32,000 nt of DNA from Cylindrospermopsis raciborskii Cr2010 (GTDB lineage Bacteria; Cyanobacteriota; Cyanobacteriia; Cyanobacteriales; Nostocaceae). Location: the NCBI RefSeq assembly GCF_003367075.2, contig NZ_CP065936.1, forward strand, positions 2,220,001 to 2,252,000, read 5' to 3'. Below are positions 1-10,092 of the stretch, piece by piece. The notes beneath the pieces were generated by a model. The model saw nothing but the letters and a program-made list of their open reading frames with translations, was not told where the DNA came from and ran no database searches. The position numbers and the translations under genes were made by a program. Positions within the stretch are counted from its first letter, which is position 1. Every line of letters begins with the position of its first letter.

Positions 1-418
1 GTTGAAATGCCGCTACCATGGTAGGGATTGTGGCTATTAACCGCACTACTGCATCCCGGATGTATACCGGATTATGGAGATCTCGACGAGAGTAGAATAA
101 TCCTAATGCTGCTGCTGAAGCTTGTAAAGCATCCATTGGATGTCCGCTTTCAGGAAAGCATTTCATCATATCTCGAATACGGTATTTTATCCGTCTATGG
201 CTGGCAATCTCCTTTTCAAAGTCTACTAGTTCCTCCTTAGTGGGTAGTTTTCCCCAGATGAGGAGATAGGCAGTTTCTAAGAAGGTACTTTTACCTGCCA
301 GTTCCTCAATTCTAATGCCACGATACTCTAAAACTCCCTTTTGCCCGTCTACATAGCTAATACTAGACTGGGCTGCAGGAATTCCTTCTAAACCTGGCTT
401 ATACTCGCACACCGTCAT
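1..418 (-). CDS. gltA: citrate synthase, N-terminal part (3' end lies beyond the window edge)
   Basis: Absent from the ORF track because it is open at the window edge. Reverse translation from ATG at 418 gives MTVCEYKPGLEGIPAAQSSISYVDGQKGVLEYRGIRIEELAGKSTFLETAYLLIWGKLPTKEEL...GHPMDALQASAAALGLFY, a canonical citrate synthase N-terminus. Confidence 0.9.
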   Translation of the reverse strand, partial: MTVCEYKPGLEGIPAAQSSISYVDGQKGVLEYRGIRIEELAGKSTFLETAYLLIWGKLPTKEELVDFEKEIASHRRIKYRIRDMMKCFPESGHPMDALQASAAALGLFYSRRDLHNPVYIRDAVVRLIATIPTMVAAFQ

Positions 419-533
419 GGCTACACCATTTACCTTATGAAATATCAGCAACAAGCTAACTTACCAGGGATCCCCCTCACAGTTAATAGTTGTTGATTTA
501 ACAACCATTGTATGCGAAAGCTCAAAAAAACTG

Positions 534-1040
534 TTATAGCAGGTATCTTGGGGGTGTCAACCAAAACATTTGACCATGACCCACTATAGAGCCATTATCT
601 GGCACTTCTATTCCTATCATACCTGCTTTTTTGAGGATGAGTTTTTCTTTTGCTTCTCCCCAAACAAGAATTTCTGCCCAACTGCTTAAACAGGGTTCAT
701 GTCCCACTAATGCTAAATGAGTTTGCTGATCATATTTTTGATCATGTCTTCTCGGTTCTAACCATTCTTGTATCCAATTGTGAACATTCCCTTCCCAGCT
801 CAAATGTAATGAAGTTTCTAATTGGGAACCCAGTCCAGCTTGCATAAGTATTTCCGCTGTTTGTCTGGCGCGAACTAAAGGACTAGTTAAGATTAAATCG
901 AATTTAAATTTGAGTTGGATTAGTCTTTGGGCAATTTTTTCCATCTTCTTTTTCCCTTCTATAGTAAGCGATCGCTCTTCGTCTTTAATATCTAATTGAT
1001 GTTCCTGAGCAATACCATGACGGATTAGGTATAAGTACAT
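534..1040 (-). CDS. sixA: SixA-type phosphohistidine phosphatase (histidine phosphatase superfamily)
   Basis: 168 aa. N-terminal LIRHGIA (RHG catalytic motif), TSPLVRARQTAE, and a downstream GHEP histidine. Size and layout are typical of SixA. Confidence 0.8.
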   Translation of the reverse strand: MYLYLIRHGIAQEHQLDIKDEERSLTIEGKKKMEKIAQRLIQLKFKFDLILTSPLVRARQTAEILMQAGLGSQLETSLHLSWEGNVHNWIQEWLEPRRHDQKYDQQTHLALVGHEPCLSSWAEILVWGEAKEKLILKKAGMIGIEVPDNGSIVGHGQMFWLTPPRYLL

Positions 1041-1125
1041 GTGTTAATAAGGTGCTTAGTGGTTATTAGTTTACTGGTATTGGTATTATGATTTAGAGAC
1101 CTTGGATTATCAATCATCAAAATTC

Positions 1126-2568
1126 ATGACCGTGATTATTGCTGGAGAGCGGAGTGGGGTGGGTAAAACTACTGTAACACTCTCACTTTTATCATCCCTG
1201 TGTCGTCAGGGAGTTAGTGTTCAATCTTTTAAGGTTGGTCCGGATTATATTGATCCTATGTTTCATCAATATGTAACCAATCAACCCTGTCGTAATTTAG
1301 ATGCGGTTTTGACCTCTGAGGGGTATATTCAAAAATGCTTTAAACTTCACAGCGAAAAATCTGAATATGCTTTGATTGAAGGAGTAATGGGTTTATTCGA
1401 CGGCGTAGGTGCTTCGTCACTAATTATTGATAATAACAGTGATAGGATTAATTACCCGGTGGATTTTGCCAGTACCGCTCATGTGGCTAGATTATTAGAT
1501 ATTCCCGTCATATTAGTGATTGACTGTGGTCGTCTCTCTGGTTCTGTAGCTGCTATTGCTCATGGTTACTGTCATTTAGATCCCAGAATAAAAATTGCTG
1601 GATTGGTATTGAATAGGGTGGGGAGCGATCGCCATTTATCTTTATTAAAAAGTTCCCTAAAAAATCTTGGTTTACCTATTGTTGGTGTACTAAAAAGGGA
1701 AGATAATATAAGCATTCCTGATCGTCATTTGGGTTTAGTGCCCACAGGAGAATTAACCGCCCTAGACAGGGTGATTGACCAGTTGGCAAAGTTAGGAGAT
1801 AATTGTTTTGATTGGGAATTATTATTACCACTGTTGCGAGTGAATCAGCTCAAGGAACCTAAATTAGCCAATCTAGGTAATTTAAATGAAGCGAATGGTA
1901 ATCTTCAAGAATTAGATGATAAAATTAGAATTGCCGTAGCCTGGGATAAAGCCTTTAACTTCTATTATCAAGACAACCTAGACCTATTGCAGGAACTGGG
2001 AGCAGAATTAGTATTTTGGAGTCCCATCAATGATGATCAATTACCCAAAAATATTCAGGGGATGTATTTTGGCGGTGGTTTTCCCGAAGTATTTGCCCAA
2101 GAACTAGAGGCCAATATTCAGGTAATTCACCAGGTGAAGAATATAATCTTATCCGGAATACCAACCATCGCAGAATGTGGAGGTTTAATGTATTTATGTG
2201 AAAGCATCATTGACTTTGATAATCAAGCCTGGTCTATGGTAGGAATAATACCAACATCGGCGAAAATGGATAAAAAACTAACTCTAGGTTATCGTCGCGC
2301 AGTAGTTTTAGAAAACAGTTTTTTACACCATGGGGGAAAAAATATTTATGGACACGAGTTTCATCGTTCTTGTTTAAATAGTGAAACCACATATCCCTTA
2401 TTTAATACTTTTCGTTATGACTGTGAAGAAAATATGGGATGGGAAGGATGGAATTTACCTAATGTGCACGCTTCTTATATACATCAACACTGGGGTGAGA
2501 GTATAGAGATTCCCCAAAACTTTTTGCGAGAATGTCTAAAGTTTTTAAAAACCAGAGGTAAAATGTAG
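1126..2568 (+). CDS. cobB: cobyrinate a,c-diamide synthase
   Basis: N-terminal P-loop AGERSGVGKTTVT, DPRIKIAGLVLNRVGSDRH, and a C-terminal amidotransferase-like part with ECGGLMYL and HEFH. ATG at 1126 (MTVIIAG...) is preferred over the TTG at 1102 used by the ORF track. Confidence 0.85.
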   Translation: MTVIIAGERSGVGKTTVTLSLLSSLCRQGVSVQSFKVGPDYIDPMFHQYVTNQPCRNLDAVLTSEGYIQKCFKLHSEKSEYALIEGVMGLFDGVGASSLIIDNNSDRINYPVDFASTAHVARLLDIPVILVIDCGRLSGSVAAIAHGYCHLDPRIKIAGLVLNRVGSDRHLSLLKSSLKNLGLPIVGVLKREDNISIPDRHLGLVPTGELTALDRVIDQLAKLGDNCFDWELLLPLLRVNQLKEPKLANLGNLNEANGNLQELDDKIRIAVAWDKAFNFYYQDNLDLLQELGAELVFWSPINDDQLPKNIQGMYFGGGFPEVFAQELEANIQVIHQVKNIILSGIPTIAECGGLMYLCESIIDFDNQAWSMVGIIPTSAKMDKKLTLGYRRAVVLENSFLHHGGKNIYGHEFHRSCLNSETTYPLFNTFRYDCEENMGWEGWNLPNVHASYIHQHWGESIEIPQNFLRECLKFLKTRGKM

Positions 2569-2596
2569 GATGTAAAGAATTCTTCCTAGAAAGTAG

Positions 2597-5590
2597 ATGT
2601 TTTGGAAGTGGTGCGTTAAAGTTATTATTGTTGCTTTGGGGTTGTGGCTAAGTTTAGACTTGGCGTGTTCCTTGGGAGCAGAAATTTTTTGGTTTCAGGA
2701 AGTGGGTTACTTGCCCAACTTACTGGTGCGACTAATAACTCAGGGTATGATCTGGGTGATTATTACTGGGACGAGCATAATTTATTTTTGGGGGAACCTT
2801 TCCTTAGCGAAAAAGTGGCAATATCCTCAAGAGTTGAAGATGGATCCAGCAATTACAGCAAAAAATAAGTTAAGCACCAGAATCACAAAGTTTTTGAGTC
2901 CCCAATATCCACAATTATATCAACCAGATCACATAGAAACTGTAACCCGACCAATTAAATTTATTTGGTTATTACCATTGACCTTGGGTTTGAGCTTGTT
3001 AATAGGAATAATATTAATCTGGTATGGACAATTAGTCATCAGCTATTGGCAAAACCCAGGTACTCGAATTGATGATTTATCTGATTCGACAATTATATTT
3101 AGATCTGAAATAATTCCCCAAATCTTAATCAAGATAATATCTCAATTTAGGTATTTTATATTGGCATTAGGGATAGGGATAGCTATTTTAGTATATAGGG
3201 AATTTTTGCTGTGGGCGATCGCCATAATTATCAGTTGTGGTTTTGGCTGGTTAGTATGTCAAAGATGGAATAGCATCTTATTATACTTTTACCCTACAAC
3301 TTTTAACCAGACAGAACCTTTATTTGGCAAAGATATCAGCTTTTACGTATTTTCTTTACCAGTAGCAGAAATTCTCTGTTTTTGGTTTTTAGGATTATGT
3401 GTATATGGAATCATATCAGTTGCTCTTACCTATTTACTATCGGCTAATAGTCTTAGTCAGGGTATATTTCCTGGGTTTGCACCGAAACAGAAACGTCATT
3501 TATTGACCCTAGCTAGTGGGATGATGCTGGTATTAGGTTTTAGTTATTGGTTAAGGCGCTATCAGCTAGTGTATTCACCCAGGGGAGTGAGTTTTGGCGC
3601 TAGTTTTACCGACGTGCATTTTCAGTTGCCAGCTAATACCATACTTTGCGTGGGCGCGGTGATTCTAGCGTTTTACCTATTATGGCAAAGTTTATTTTGG
3701 CATCGCAAATCTCCCCATCATGAATGGGCAATTTATGGGTTGGGGATCTATGCAGGATTAATAATCCTCACTGAATGGATGATACCCAATATTATGCAAT
3801 ATCTGGTAGTACAACCCAATGAACTGGAAAGAGAAAAACCCTATATAGAACGTACTATTGCTCTTACCCGTCAAGCATTTGATTTAGACTCCATTGACGC
3901 TCAAACTTTTAACCCCCAACAAAACCTGATTAGGTCTGATCTAAGGGCCAATGATTTAACTATTAGGAATATTCGACTATGGGATCAAGAACCACTTTTA
4001 AAAACTAATCGTCAATTACAGCAAATTCGTCCCTATTACCGGTTTCCTGACGCGGATATTGACCGCTACATGATTAAAAAAGAAATTACCACAGAAACAC
4101 AACCACAGACAGTTCCAGAAAAACGTCAAGTCCTAATTGCTGCACGAGAATTAGATTATGATGCTGTTCCCCCACAAGCACAAACTTGGGTCAATCGCAG
4201 TTTAGTCTACACCCATGGGTATGGATTTACAATTAGTCCTGTCAATACAGCTGCACCTGGAGGCTTGCCAGAATATTTTGTTAAAGACATCAGTGGTAAT
4301 GGTAAGGCTCTAACTACAGCTAATGCAGCTATTGATCAGAGTATACCTATTGGTGAGCCACGAATTTATTATGGAGAAATTTCCAATACTCATGTCATGA
4401 CCGGAACTAGGGTTAAAGAATTAGATTATCCTAGCGGTGCAGATAATATTTATAATACCTACGATGGTCAAGGGGGAATTACAATTGGAACTGGGTGGAA
4501 ACGTTGGTTATTTGCCATGTATTTCAAAGATTGGCCAATGATTTTTACACGAGATTTTTTACCGGAAACCAAGATATTATTCAGGCGTAATATTAGTCAG
4601 AGAATTCAGGCGATCGCTCCTTTTTTAAAATTTGATAGCGAACCCTATTTAGTAGCAGCAGATGGTAATTTGAATGATAAAGACAAACAAATTAAAGCTG
4701 GCAAAAACTATCTATATTGGGTGATTGATGGCTATACTATTAGTAGTAGTTACCCTTACTCAGATCGGAATAAGAATGGTATTAATTACATTCGTAATTC
4801 GGTAAAAGTTATCATTGATGCGTATAATGGTACCGTCAGATTTTATATAGCTAAACCAGAGGATCCTTTAATTACTACTTGGTCAAGAATTTTCCCTAAA
4901 ATGTTCCAACCGTTTATAAACATGCCTGAAAATCTCCGCAGTCATGTTCGCTATCCAGTGGACTTGTTTAAAATACAATCGGAACGATTAATGACATATC
5001 ATGTAATCAATCCCCAAGTATTTTATAACCGCGAAGACCAATGGCAAATTCCCAACGAAATCTATAGCGGAGAACCCCGTCAAGTTGAACCATATTATTT
5101 GATAACCAGTTTACCTAGTGTTCCCTTTGAAGAATTTATCCTATTGCTTCCCTACACGCCAAAACAAAGAACAAATTTAATTGCCTGGTTAGCAGCACGT
5201 TCTGACGGTGAGAACTACGGTAAGCTACTATTGTACAATTTTCCCAAAGAAAGGTTGATTTATGGTCCAGAACAAATAGAAGCTAGGATTAATCAAGATC
5301 CCATCATTTCTCAGCAAATTTCCCTATGGAATCGTCAGGGATCGAAAGCAGTACAGGGGAATCTTCTAATTATTCCCATTGAAAAATCCTTATTGTACGT
5401 AGAGCCAATTTATTTAGAAGCAACTCAAAATAGTTTACCCACCTTAGCTAGAGTGATTGTAGTTTATGAGAATCGTATTGTCATGGCACAAAATTTAGAA
5501 GCAGCATTAGAAGCAATATTTAGATCAGAAGTTACCCCCGCTCCACCAATCATTCGTCCTGTTGAGGAGGAGGGAATCCCACCCAGTTGA
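2597..5590 (+). CDS. UPF0182 family large membrane protein
   Basis: 997 aa. Several N-terminal TM helices followed by a large soluble region with motifs I associate with UPF0182 ([30 protein letters not shown]). Confidence 0.75.
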   Translation: MFWKWCVKVIIVALGLWLSLDLACSLGAEIFWFQEVGYLPNLLVRLITQGMIWVIITGTSIIYFWGNLSLAKKWQYPQELKMDPAITAKNKLSTRITKFLSPQYPQLYQPDHIETVTRPIKFIWLLPLTLGLSLLIGIILIWYGQLVISYWQNPGTRIDDLSDSTIIFRSEIIPQILIKIISQFRYFILALGIGIAILVYREFLLWAIAIIISCGFGWLVCQRWNSILLYFYPTTFNQTEPLFGKDISFYVFSLPVAEILCFWFLGLCVYGIISVALTYLLSANSLSQGIFPGFAPKQKRHLLTLASGMMLVLGFSYWLRRYQLVYSPRGVSFGASFTDVHFQLPANTILCVGAVILAFYLLWQSLFWHRKSPHHEWAIYGLGIYAGLIILTEWMIPNIMQYLVVQPNELEREKPYIERTIALTRQAFDLDSIDAQTFNPQQNLIRSDLRANDLTIRNIRLWDQEPLLKTNRQLQQIRPYYRFPDADIDRYMIKKEITTETQPQTVPEKRQVLIAARELDYDAVPPQAQTWVNRSLVYTHGYGFTISPVNTAAPGGLPEYFVKDISGNGKALTTANAAIDQSIPIGEPRIYYGEISNTHVMTGTRVKELDYPSGADNIYNTYDGQGGITIGTGWKRWLFAMYFKDWPMIFTRDFLPETKILFRRNISQRIQAIAPFLKFDSEPYLVAADGNLNDKDKQIKAGKNYLYWVIDGYTISSSYPYSDRNKNGINYIRNSVKVIIDAYNGTVRFYIAKPEDPLITTWSRIFPKMFQPFINMPENLRSHVRYPVDLFKIQSERLMTYHVINPQVFYNREDQWQIPNEIYSGEPRQVEPYYLITSLPSVPFEEFILLLPYTPKQRTNLIAWLAARSDGENYGKLLLYNFPKERLIYGPEQIEARINQDPIISQQISLWNRQGSKAVQGNLLIIPIEKSLLYVEPIYLEATQNSLPTLARVIVVYENRIVMAQNLEAALEAIFRSEVTPAPPIIRPVEEEGIPPS

Positions 5591-5622
5591 AAAACCTGTT
5601 CTATATCTGGGTAGAATTTAAC

Positions 5623-5811
5623 TTACGGTTCAAGGTTTTGGCTACAGTGTTGACCATTAGTCCAAATTTCATACTCACCTTCGATAAATTCTAGGGTTTC
5701 TAGGTTAAAAATGGCATTATATTCACCACAAATTGCATGAAAATGAGCAGGAGGATGACCTGCAAAAAACAGTTTAATGATAATTCCGTAAAATCTGGTA
5801 ATTTCCGGCAT
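5623..5811 (-). CDS. DUF4160-like small protein, probably C-terminally truncated, no partner gene
   Basis: MPEITRFYGIIIKLFF..HPPAHFHAICGEYNAIFNLETLEFIEGE matches the characteristic DUF4160 N-terminus. The sequence diverges after IEGE and stops at 62 aa. Only about 30 nt separate it from the convergent UPF0182 gene, so there is no room for the usual DUF2442 partner. Confidence 0.55.
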   Translation of the reverse strand: MPEITRFYGIIIKLFFAGHPPAHFHAICGEYNAIFNLETLEFIEGEYEIWTNGQHCSQNLEP

Positions 5812-5978
5812 GAATTTGATTCCTAATGGTCATTAGTTTTTATAACAGTAACATTGTAACAAAATTTGTTAGGTTTTGCCCACTTATAAGTTTGGTCAAA
5901 AAACAGTTAAAAAATATGTTGGGCCAAGTAGCAACTATTTTTGTTACAATAGGCTAAGTCCAATTATACAGGAGCGAT

Positions 5979-6293
5979 ATGTTATACCATTTGGATTTTC
6001 ATGTTGAATACCCAAACATGACACAGGGGGAGCTGTTTAGTATCTGGAGCGAGGAAGCAGATGCAGCACTACAAGCTAAACAAGCAGGAGTGGTAGTGGA
6101 CCTATGGAAATGTGTAGGAACTCGTCGGGTAATCGCCATTGTAGATGTTCCCACACCTGATACTCTGGATCAAATCCTCTTGGATTTACCCATTATGAAA
6201 AAAATGGGTCAAAGTGTCCATGTGGAGGTCACCCCTCTGAGAAGATATGAAGACTTTGCAACGGATGTAAAAGCACGTCTGTCAAATAATTAA
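5979..6293 (+). CDS. muconolactone delta-isomerase-like (dimeric alpha/beta-barrel) small protein
   Basis: 104 aa. MLYHLDFHVEYP...LWKCVGTRRVIAIVDVPTPDTLDQILLDLPIMKKM..VEVTPL follows the MIase-family pattern (LWR..G....I.DV.s..el..iL..LPl). No other catabolic genes are nearby. Confidence 0.55.
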   Translation: MLYHLDFHVEYPNMTQGELFSIWSEEADAALQAKQAGVVVDLWKCVGTRRVIAIVDVPTPDTLDQILLDLPIMKKMGQSVHVEVTPLRRYEDFATDVKARLSNN

Positions 6294-6308
6294 GCAATAG
6301 GGCGAGAG

Positions 6309-6332
6309 TTCCCACCTCGTTGACGGTGGGAA
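6309..6332 (+). terminator. stem-loop downstream of the MIase-like gene (possible terminator)
   Basis: TTCCCACC-tcgttgac-GGTGGGAA, an 8-bp perfect stem starting 16 nt after the stop codon. The following T-tract is weak (TAAAAGTTATTT). Confidence 0.35.
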
Positions 6333-6441
6333 TAAAAGTTATTTCCTGAGATAGAGATTTGGATATTTACAATGAAACCTATCGAAAGATATAGGTGAAC
6401 TTTTATGGCGCTAAACATATAATTGAAAAAATCATGAAATT

Positions 6442-6885
6442 ATGAAAATTTCTATGGGGGTTTTTAAAAACTGCATGGGGGTAATATCAAAACATGAAAA
6501 ACATTCGGAAAGTTTAGCAACAAATCAGACATTTTATCGACTGAAACAAAGGGAAAGTGTCGAAGAAAATGGTCAAAAACAAGAGGTAAGTCAGTGGCTG
6601 AGTATTTCCGATATAGCTATTAGTTTAAGTCCTTTGGGCTTCGTGATTGTTTGGGCAGTATTTTTATTAATTCTCCAAAAAATTCGCTCTGCTTTAGAGG
6701 AGAAAATGTCATTGACTGTCAATGGAGTTAGTCAAGTCCCCTGTAAGAACTGTAAATTCTTTTCTAATAACCATTATCTCAAGTGCGCAGTAAAACCAGA
6801 TATAGTCCTTACGGAAGCAGCTATAGACTGTTCTGAGTATTGTCCTAAAAAAACCAAGTTTACTAGGAGGAAATTTTTTGGATAA
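6442..6885 (+). CDS. hypothetical single-pass membrane protein with C-terminal Cys cluster
   Basis: One clear TM helix (LSPLGFVIVWAVFLLILQ), then VPCKNCKFFSNNHYLKCAVKPD...AIDCSEYCPKK (CxxC...C...C..C). The true start is uncertain because there are several in-frame ATGs. Confidence 0.45.
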   Translation: MKISMGVFKNCMGVISKHEKHSESLATNQTFYRLKQRESVEENGQKQEVSQWLSISDIAISLSPLGFVIVWAVFLLILQKIRSALEEKMSLTVNGVSQVPCKNCKFFSNNHYLKCAVKPDIVLTEAAIDCSEYCPKKTKFTRRKFFG

Positions 6886-7348
6886 TGGGTAAGAGATATT
6901 AAAAGAAAATAAATAAATCGGTCTTTTACCGATCAAAAATATAAACTATTAATAGCAACGGTTAATACATAGCTTTTAGCTCTACCATGAGCAACCTTCA
7001 TGGAGGTTTTCTCAATGGAGTACTACAAAACTAAAACCCCACTTGATAAATACTAGTACCCCATCCATAAAAAACTAGTCCCCATTACCCAAAAAAAAGA
7101 TTAAGTTCTGTTCACTAAGGTTTTAAACCTAGTGAGTACAATCTTAATAAATTCAATAAATTTAATCCCTAGGCGCAATTTTTTTGAGTTAAAGGTCAAC
7201 TGCTATAAGCAGAACATACAACTTCACCAAAATCCTTGACTAATCTAGAAAGATAAACTTGGTCTGGACTATCCGATTAAGTATCTAACCTCAACCCATC
7301 CTACAAATAATTGTGCCTCCCTTAGAAACTGGAATTTAGACTAATTCT

Positions 7349-7546
7349 ATGGTTAACTGCAAGACAGACAAGAAACTACTCCACTTTCTCTATCATGAGT
7401 TAGAACTTTCCCACGCTGATGTTGCTGTTGCTCTACGACAGCGTAAGTTTGATGAAGCACCAATTCCCATGTTGCTTTGGCAATATGGACTAATAGACTT
7501 ACAACAACTGGAAAAGATTTTTGATTGGTTAGCGGAAAATGTTTAA
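7349..7546 (+). CDS. DUF2949-like small cyanobacterial protein
   Basis: 65 aa. LLHFLYHELELSHADVAVALRQ....PIPMLLWQYGLIDLQQLEKIFDWL resembles the DUF2949 pattern as I remember it. The equal-length antisense ORF 7353..7550 is its shadow. Confidence 0.5.
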   Translation: MVNCKTDKKLLHFLYHELELSHADVAVALRQRKFDEAPIPMLLWQYGLIDLQQLEKIFDWLAENV

Positions 7547-7581
7547 TCAATATCTATTTCCAACCCTAAAAGGCAAATACC

Positions 7582-7701
7582 ATGATTATTAGTTTAATTG
7601 CTGGATTAACTATTTTGGTGATTACGGGAATGACTAATAGCTATATTAGTCATAGATTATTCATAAAAGATTCTGATCAGCCCACCAATAAACCATCTTA
7701 G
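7582..7701 (+). CDS. possible 39-aa hydrophobic micro-protein
   Basis: My own reading, not in the ORF track: ATG at 7582, TAG at 7699-7701, translating to MIISLIAGLTILVITGMTNSYISHRLFIKDSDQPTNKPS with one TM-like segment. No recognisable SD sequence and no homology argument. Confidence 0.2.
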   Translation: MIISLIAGLTILVITGMTNSYISHRLFIKDSDQPTNKPS

Positions 7702-7851
7702 TTTATCTCTAAAATTGGTGGTTTAGCATACAGATATGACGCAAGAATTGAGGCATAATCAGACATAATTAAGTGACTTTAATTACTAGCCATAGCCAGG
7801 GAGCTAGAAAGATCACCAATTAATCACTAGTCCCCTACAGGAATATTTGTG

Positions 7852-8748
7852 ATGGGTAAAATTAACATTAACGATACTACATTACGGGATGGTGAACAAG
7901 CAGCAAGAGTTACTTTTACACTCAAAGAAAAAGTGGCGATCGCCCAATTTTTGGATGCCATTGGCATTGGGGAATTAGAAGTAGGTATACCCGCCATGGG
8001 GGAAGAACAAATTAATGCCATTAGAGCTATTAATGATTTAGATCTAAATGCCAAATTACTAGCTTGGAACCGAGCAGTTATTTCAGACATTAAAGCTTCT
8101 CTCTCCTGTGGGATTAAAAGAGTACACATTGCTATTCCCGTTTCTGGAATCCAAATCGCTAGCAAATTCCATGGACAATGGCGAGTTAGTTTACAAAGAT
8201 TGCAAGATTGTATTCACTTTGCACTTGATCATAATCTTTGGGTAGGAGTGGGAGGAGAAGACTGTTCCAGAGCAGATGAAAGTTTTCTGGAAGATGTTGC
8301 TTTATACGCTCAAGAATGGGGTGCATCAAGATTTCGTTTTTGTGATACGGTGGGTATCTTAGAACCCTTTAAAACCCACCTGAAAATTAAACGACTAGTC
8401 TCTCGATTATCAATTCCTATAGAAATTCATACCCATAACGATTTTGGACTCGCTACTGCTAATGCTATTGCTGGTATTAGGGGTGGTGCCCTATCTGTAA
8501 ATACTACCGTTAATGGACTGGGTGAAAGAGCAGGAAATGCAGCTTTAGAAGAGGTTGTTATGGCTTTAAAATACATATATGGAGTTGATTTAGGAATAAA
8601 CACAGATAACTTTTCACAGCTATCTCAACTAGTCGCTAATGCAGTGGGATCCAATGTTCCACCTTGGAAAGCTATAGTAGGTAAAAATACCCGGAAATAT
8701 ATAGAAGATTTGCACTACCAGGAGAGTGGTGATTTTGGCATTAAATAA
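7852..8748 (+). CDS. nifV: homocitrate synthase NifV, unusually short at the C-terminus
   Basis: [34 protein letters not shown] and [13 protein letters not shown] are the HMGL-like/LeuA-NifV TIM-barrel signature motifs. It lies directly upstream of nifZ and nifT. It ends at 298-299 aa, whereas the NifV proteins I know are about 375-385 aa. Confidence 0.85.
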   Translation: MGKININDTTLRDGEQAARVTFTLKEKVAIAQFLDAIGIGELEVGIPAMGEEQINAIRAINDLDLNAKLLAWNRAVISDIKASLSCGIKRVHIAIPVSGIQIASKFHGQWRVSLQRLQDCIHFALDHNLWVGVGGEDCSRADESFLEDVALYAQEWGASRFRFCDTVGILEPFKTHLKIKRLVSRLSIPIEIHTHNDFGLATANAIAGIRGGALSVNTTVNGLGERAGNAALEEVVMALKYIYGVDLGINTDNFSQLSQLVANAVGSNVPPWKAIVGKNTRKYIEDLHYQESGDFGIK

Positions 8749-8818
8749 ATACTAAGGAAGGTCTATATCTTAACAACTCAAAAACTAACAGGAAAAAGTT
8801 AAACTAATAGAGGTATTA

Positions 8819-9109
8819 ATGCAAAAAGATGAAATAGAACTAAACTCTCCACCTGTATTTGAGATTGGGCAAAAAGTACGAGTCAAAAAACTGATTAAAA
8901 ATGATGGTACTTTTCCTGGTCGAGAAATTGGAGAAGTTTTAGCTAGGATTGGAGATGTGGGTTATGTGGCGAGTATAGGAACTTTTCTACAAGCATATTA
9001 TATATATGCTGTCCATTTCTTAAATACGGGGTACATTATCGGTTGTCGCAAAAGAGAACTAGAATCCGCTGAGGAAATATCTTATGAAAGTAATGCTACG
9101 GGTAAATGA
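8819..9109 (+). CDS. nifZ: NifZ
   Basis: PPVFEIGQKVRVKKLIKNDGTFPG...GEVLARIGDVGYV...IYAVHF is the NifZ domain pattern. Position between nifV and nifT supports the call. Confidence 0.85.
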   Translation: MQKDEIELNSPPVFEIGQKVRVKKLIKNDGTFPGREIGEVLARIGDVGYVASIGTFLQAYYIYAVHFLNTGYIIGCRKRELESAEEISYESNATGK

Positions 9110-9287
9110 TGCTGGAACTTTAGTTGTCTATGTCGCGAAAAAGGACTTAGAAGAAGAAGTTGTTAAACAAACAGATAGTGAAGCAGGCAAGGTTCTTACT
9201 TTAGCTAATGGTTGGCAATTAGAATTTAGTCAAATCCCCCCACGAGAAAATTTGCCTCAAACCGTAGAAGCTAAACTTCTACACTAA
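9084..9287 (+). CDS. nifT: NifT/FixU
   Basis: MKVMLRVNDAGTLVVYVAKKDLEEEVV...LANGWQL...LPQTVEAK is the conserved NifT sequence. It overlaps the nifZ 3' end by 26 nt. Confidence 0.85.
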   Translation: MKVMLRVNDAGTLVVYVAKKDLEEEVVKQTDSEAGKVLTLANGWQLEFSQIPPRENLPQTVEAKLLH

Positions 9288-9299
9288 CCTGACACAAAA

Positions 9300-9332
9300 A
9301 GATACCTGAATTATATAATAATGCAGGTATCT
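9300..9332 (+). terminator. hairpin just downstream of nifT (terminator or RNA-stability element)
   Basis: AGATACCTG-(15 nt AT-rich loop)-CAGGTATCT, a 9-bp perfect stem beginning 13 nt after the nifT stop. There is no strong U-tract. Confidence 0.35.
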
Positions 9333-9364
9333 ATATCTTGAGTAACTTAATTTATGTAATTAAC

Positions 9365-9931
9365 ATGGGTAAAAAGTATCTAACCTTATCACAATTGAAT
9401 ATAGAGGGACAATTTTTAGGTTTTAGTTCACAGGGAAATGATGGGGGTAAGTGTAAAATAAAATACAAACATTTGTATTTAAAAACTTCTACCCAAGATC
9501 TAAAAATTAAGATTCCCAAGAATTTACGCTGTTCCTTGAGGAATTTATTAACTGGGGAACAAATTTGTGTAAGTGTAGTAAGCAAATTAAATCGAGTCAA
9601 TGGCAAAATTAAACTTACAGCTTATGGGGTTAGACCTGTAGGATTTTGTCCCCTAGATTATTCATCGAAGGAAAATATAGCTAAAATTATGGTTTGTCAA
9701 AAATCTGCATGTCTCAAGCATGGAGGTAAATCTTTATTGGCTAACCTAGAAAAAACTTTGTGCGATCGCGGTTTATTAGATAAAGTTAAAATTGAACATA
9801 CCAATTGCCAGAAAGCTTGTAGAACAGCTCCCAACTGTATATTAATGTTAGGAGAGGAGCAATATAAGAAGTTGGAACCAGAAGCAATAGCAAGTTTACT
9901 GCAAACCCACTTTTTTGCAAATAATATATAG
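9365..9931 (+). CDS. thioredoxin-like [2Fe-2S] ferredoxin domain protein
   Basis: The C-terminal half (IMVCQKSACLKHGGKSLLANLEKTL...IEHTNCQKACRTAPNCILM) carries the CX4C...CX3C layout of thioredoxin-like 2Fe-2S ferredoxins. The N-terminal half resembles the cyanobacterial family fused to it. ATG at 9365 (MGKKYL) is preferred to the TTG at 9338. Confidence 0.6.
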   Translation: MGKKYLTLSQLNIEGQFLGFSSQGNDGGKCKIKYKHLYLKTSTQDLKIKIPKNLRCSLRNLLTGEQICVSVVSKLNRVNGKIKLTAYGVRPVGFCPLDYSSKENIAKIMVCQKSACLKHGGKSLLANLEKTLCDRGLLDKVKIEHTNCQKACRTAPNCILMLGEEQYKKLEPEAIASLLQTHFFANNI

Positions 9932-10092
9932 TAAATTTTATATAAAAATATCATTATCAATAAACATGGTGATAAATTTAGCATCTCTTCATAATATATC
10001 AGCCATAATTCATTGAAATTTATCGAAACTATCTCCTGAATGAGACTAGAATAAAAATCTATTTTCTCAATAATTAACTTCTATAAAACCTA

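Noticed and set aside
28-240. 70-aa plus-strand ORF at the left edge
   Set aside because: The opposite strand encodes an unmistakable citrate synthase N-terminus across the same bases.
1102-1125. TTG start giving an extra 8 N-terminal residues on CobB
   Set aside because: The ATG at 1126 places the P-loop at the usual distance from the N-terminus (MTVIIAGERSGVGKT). The extension has no support.
7773-7786. NtcA-like site GTGACTTTAATTAC (GTG-N8-TAC) about 65 nt upstream of nifV
   Set aside because: It deviates from the GTA-N8-TAC consensus and I could not find a properly spaced TAN3T -10 box; the nearest candidate is TAGAAA at 7805. This is too weak to call without a TSS.
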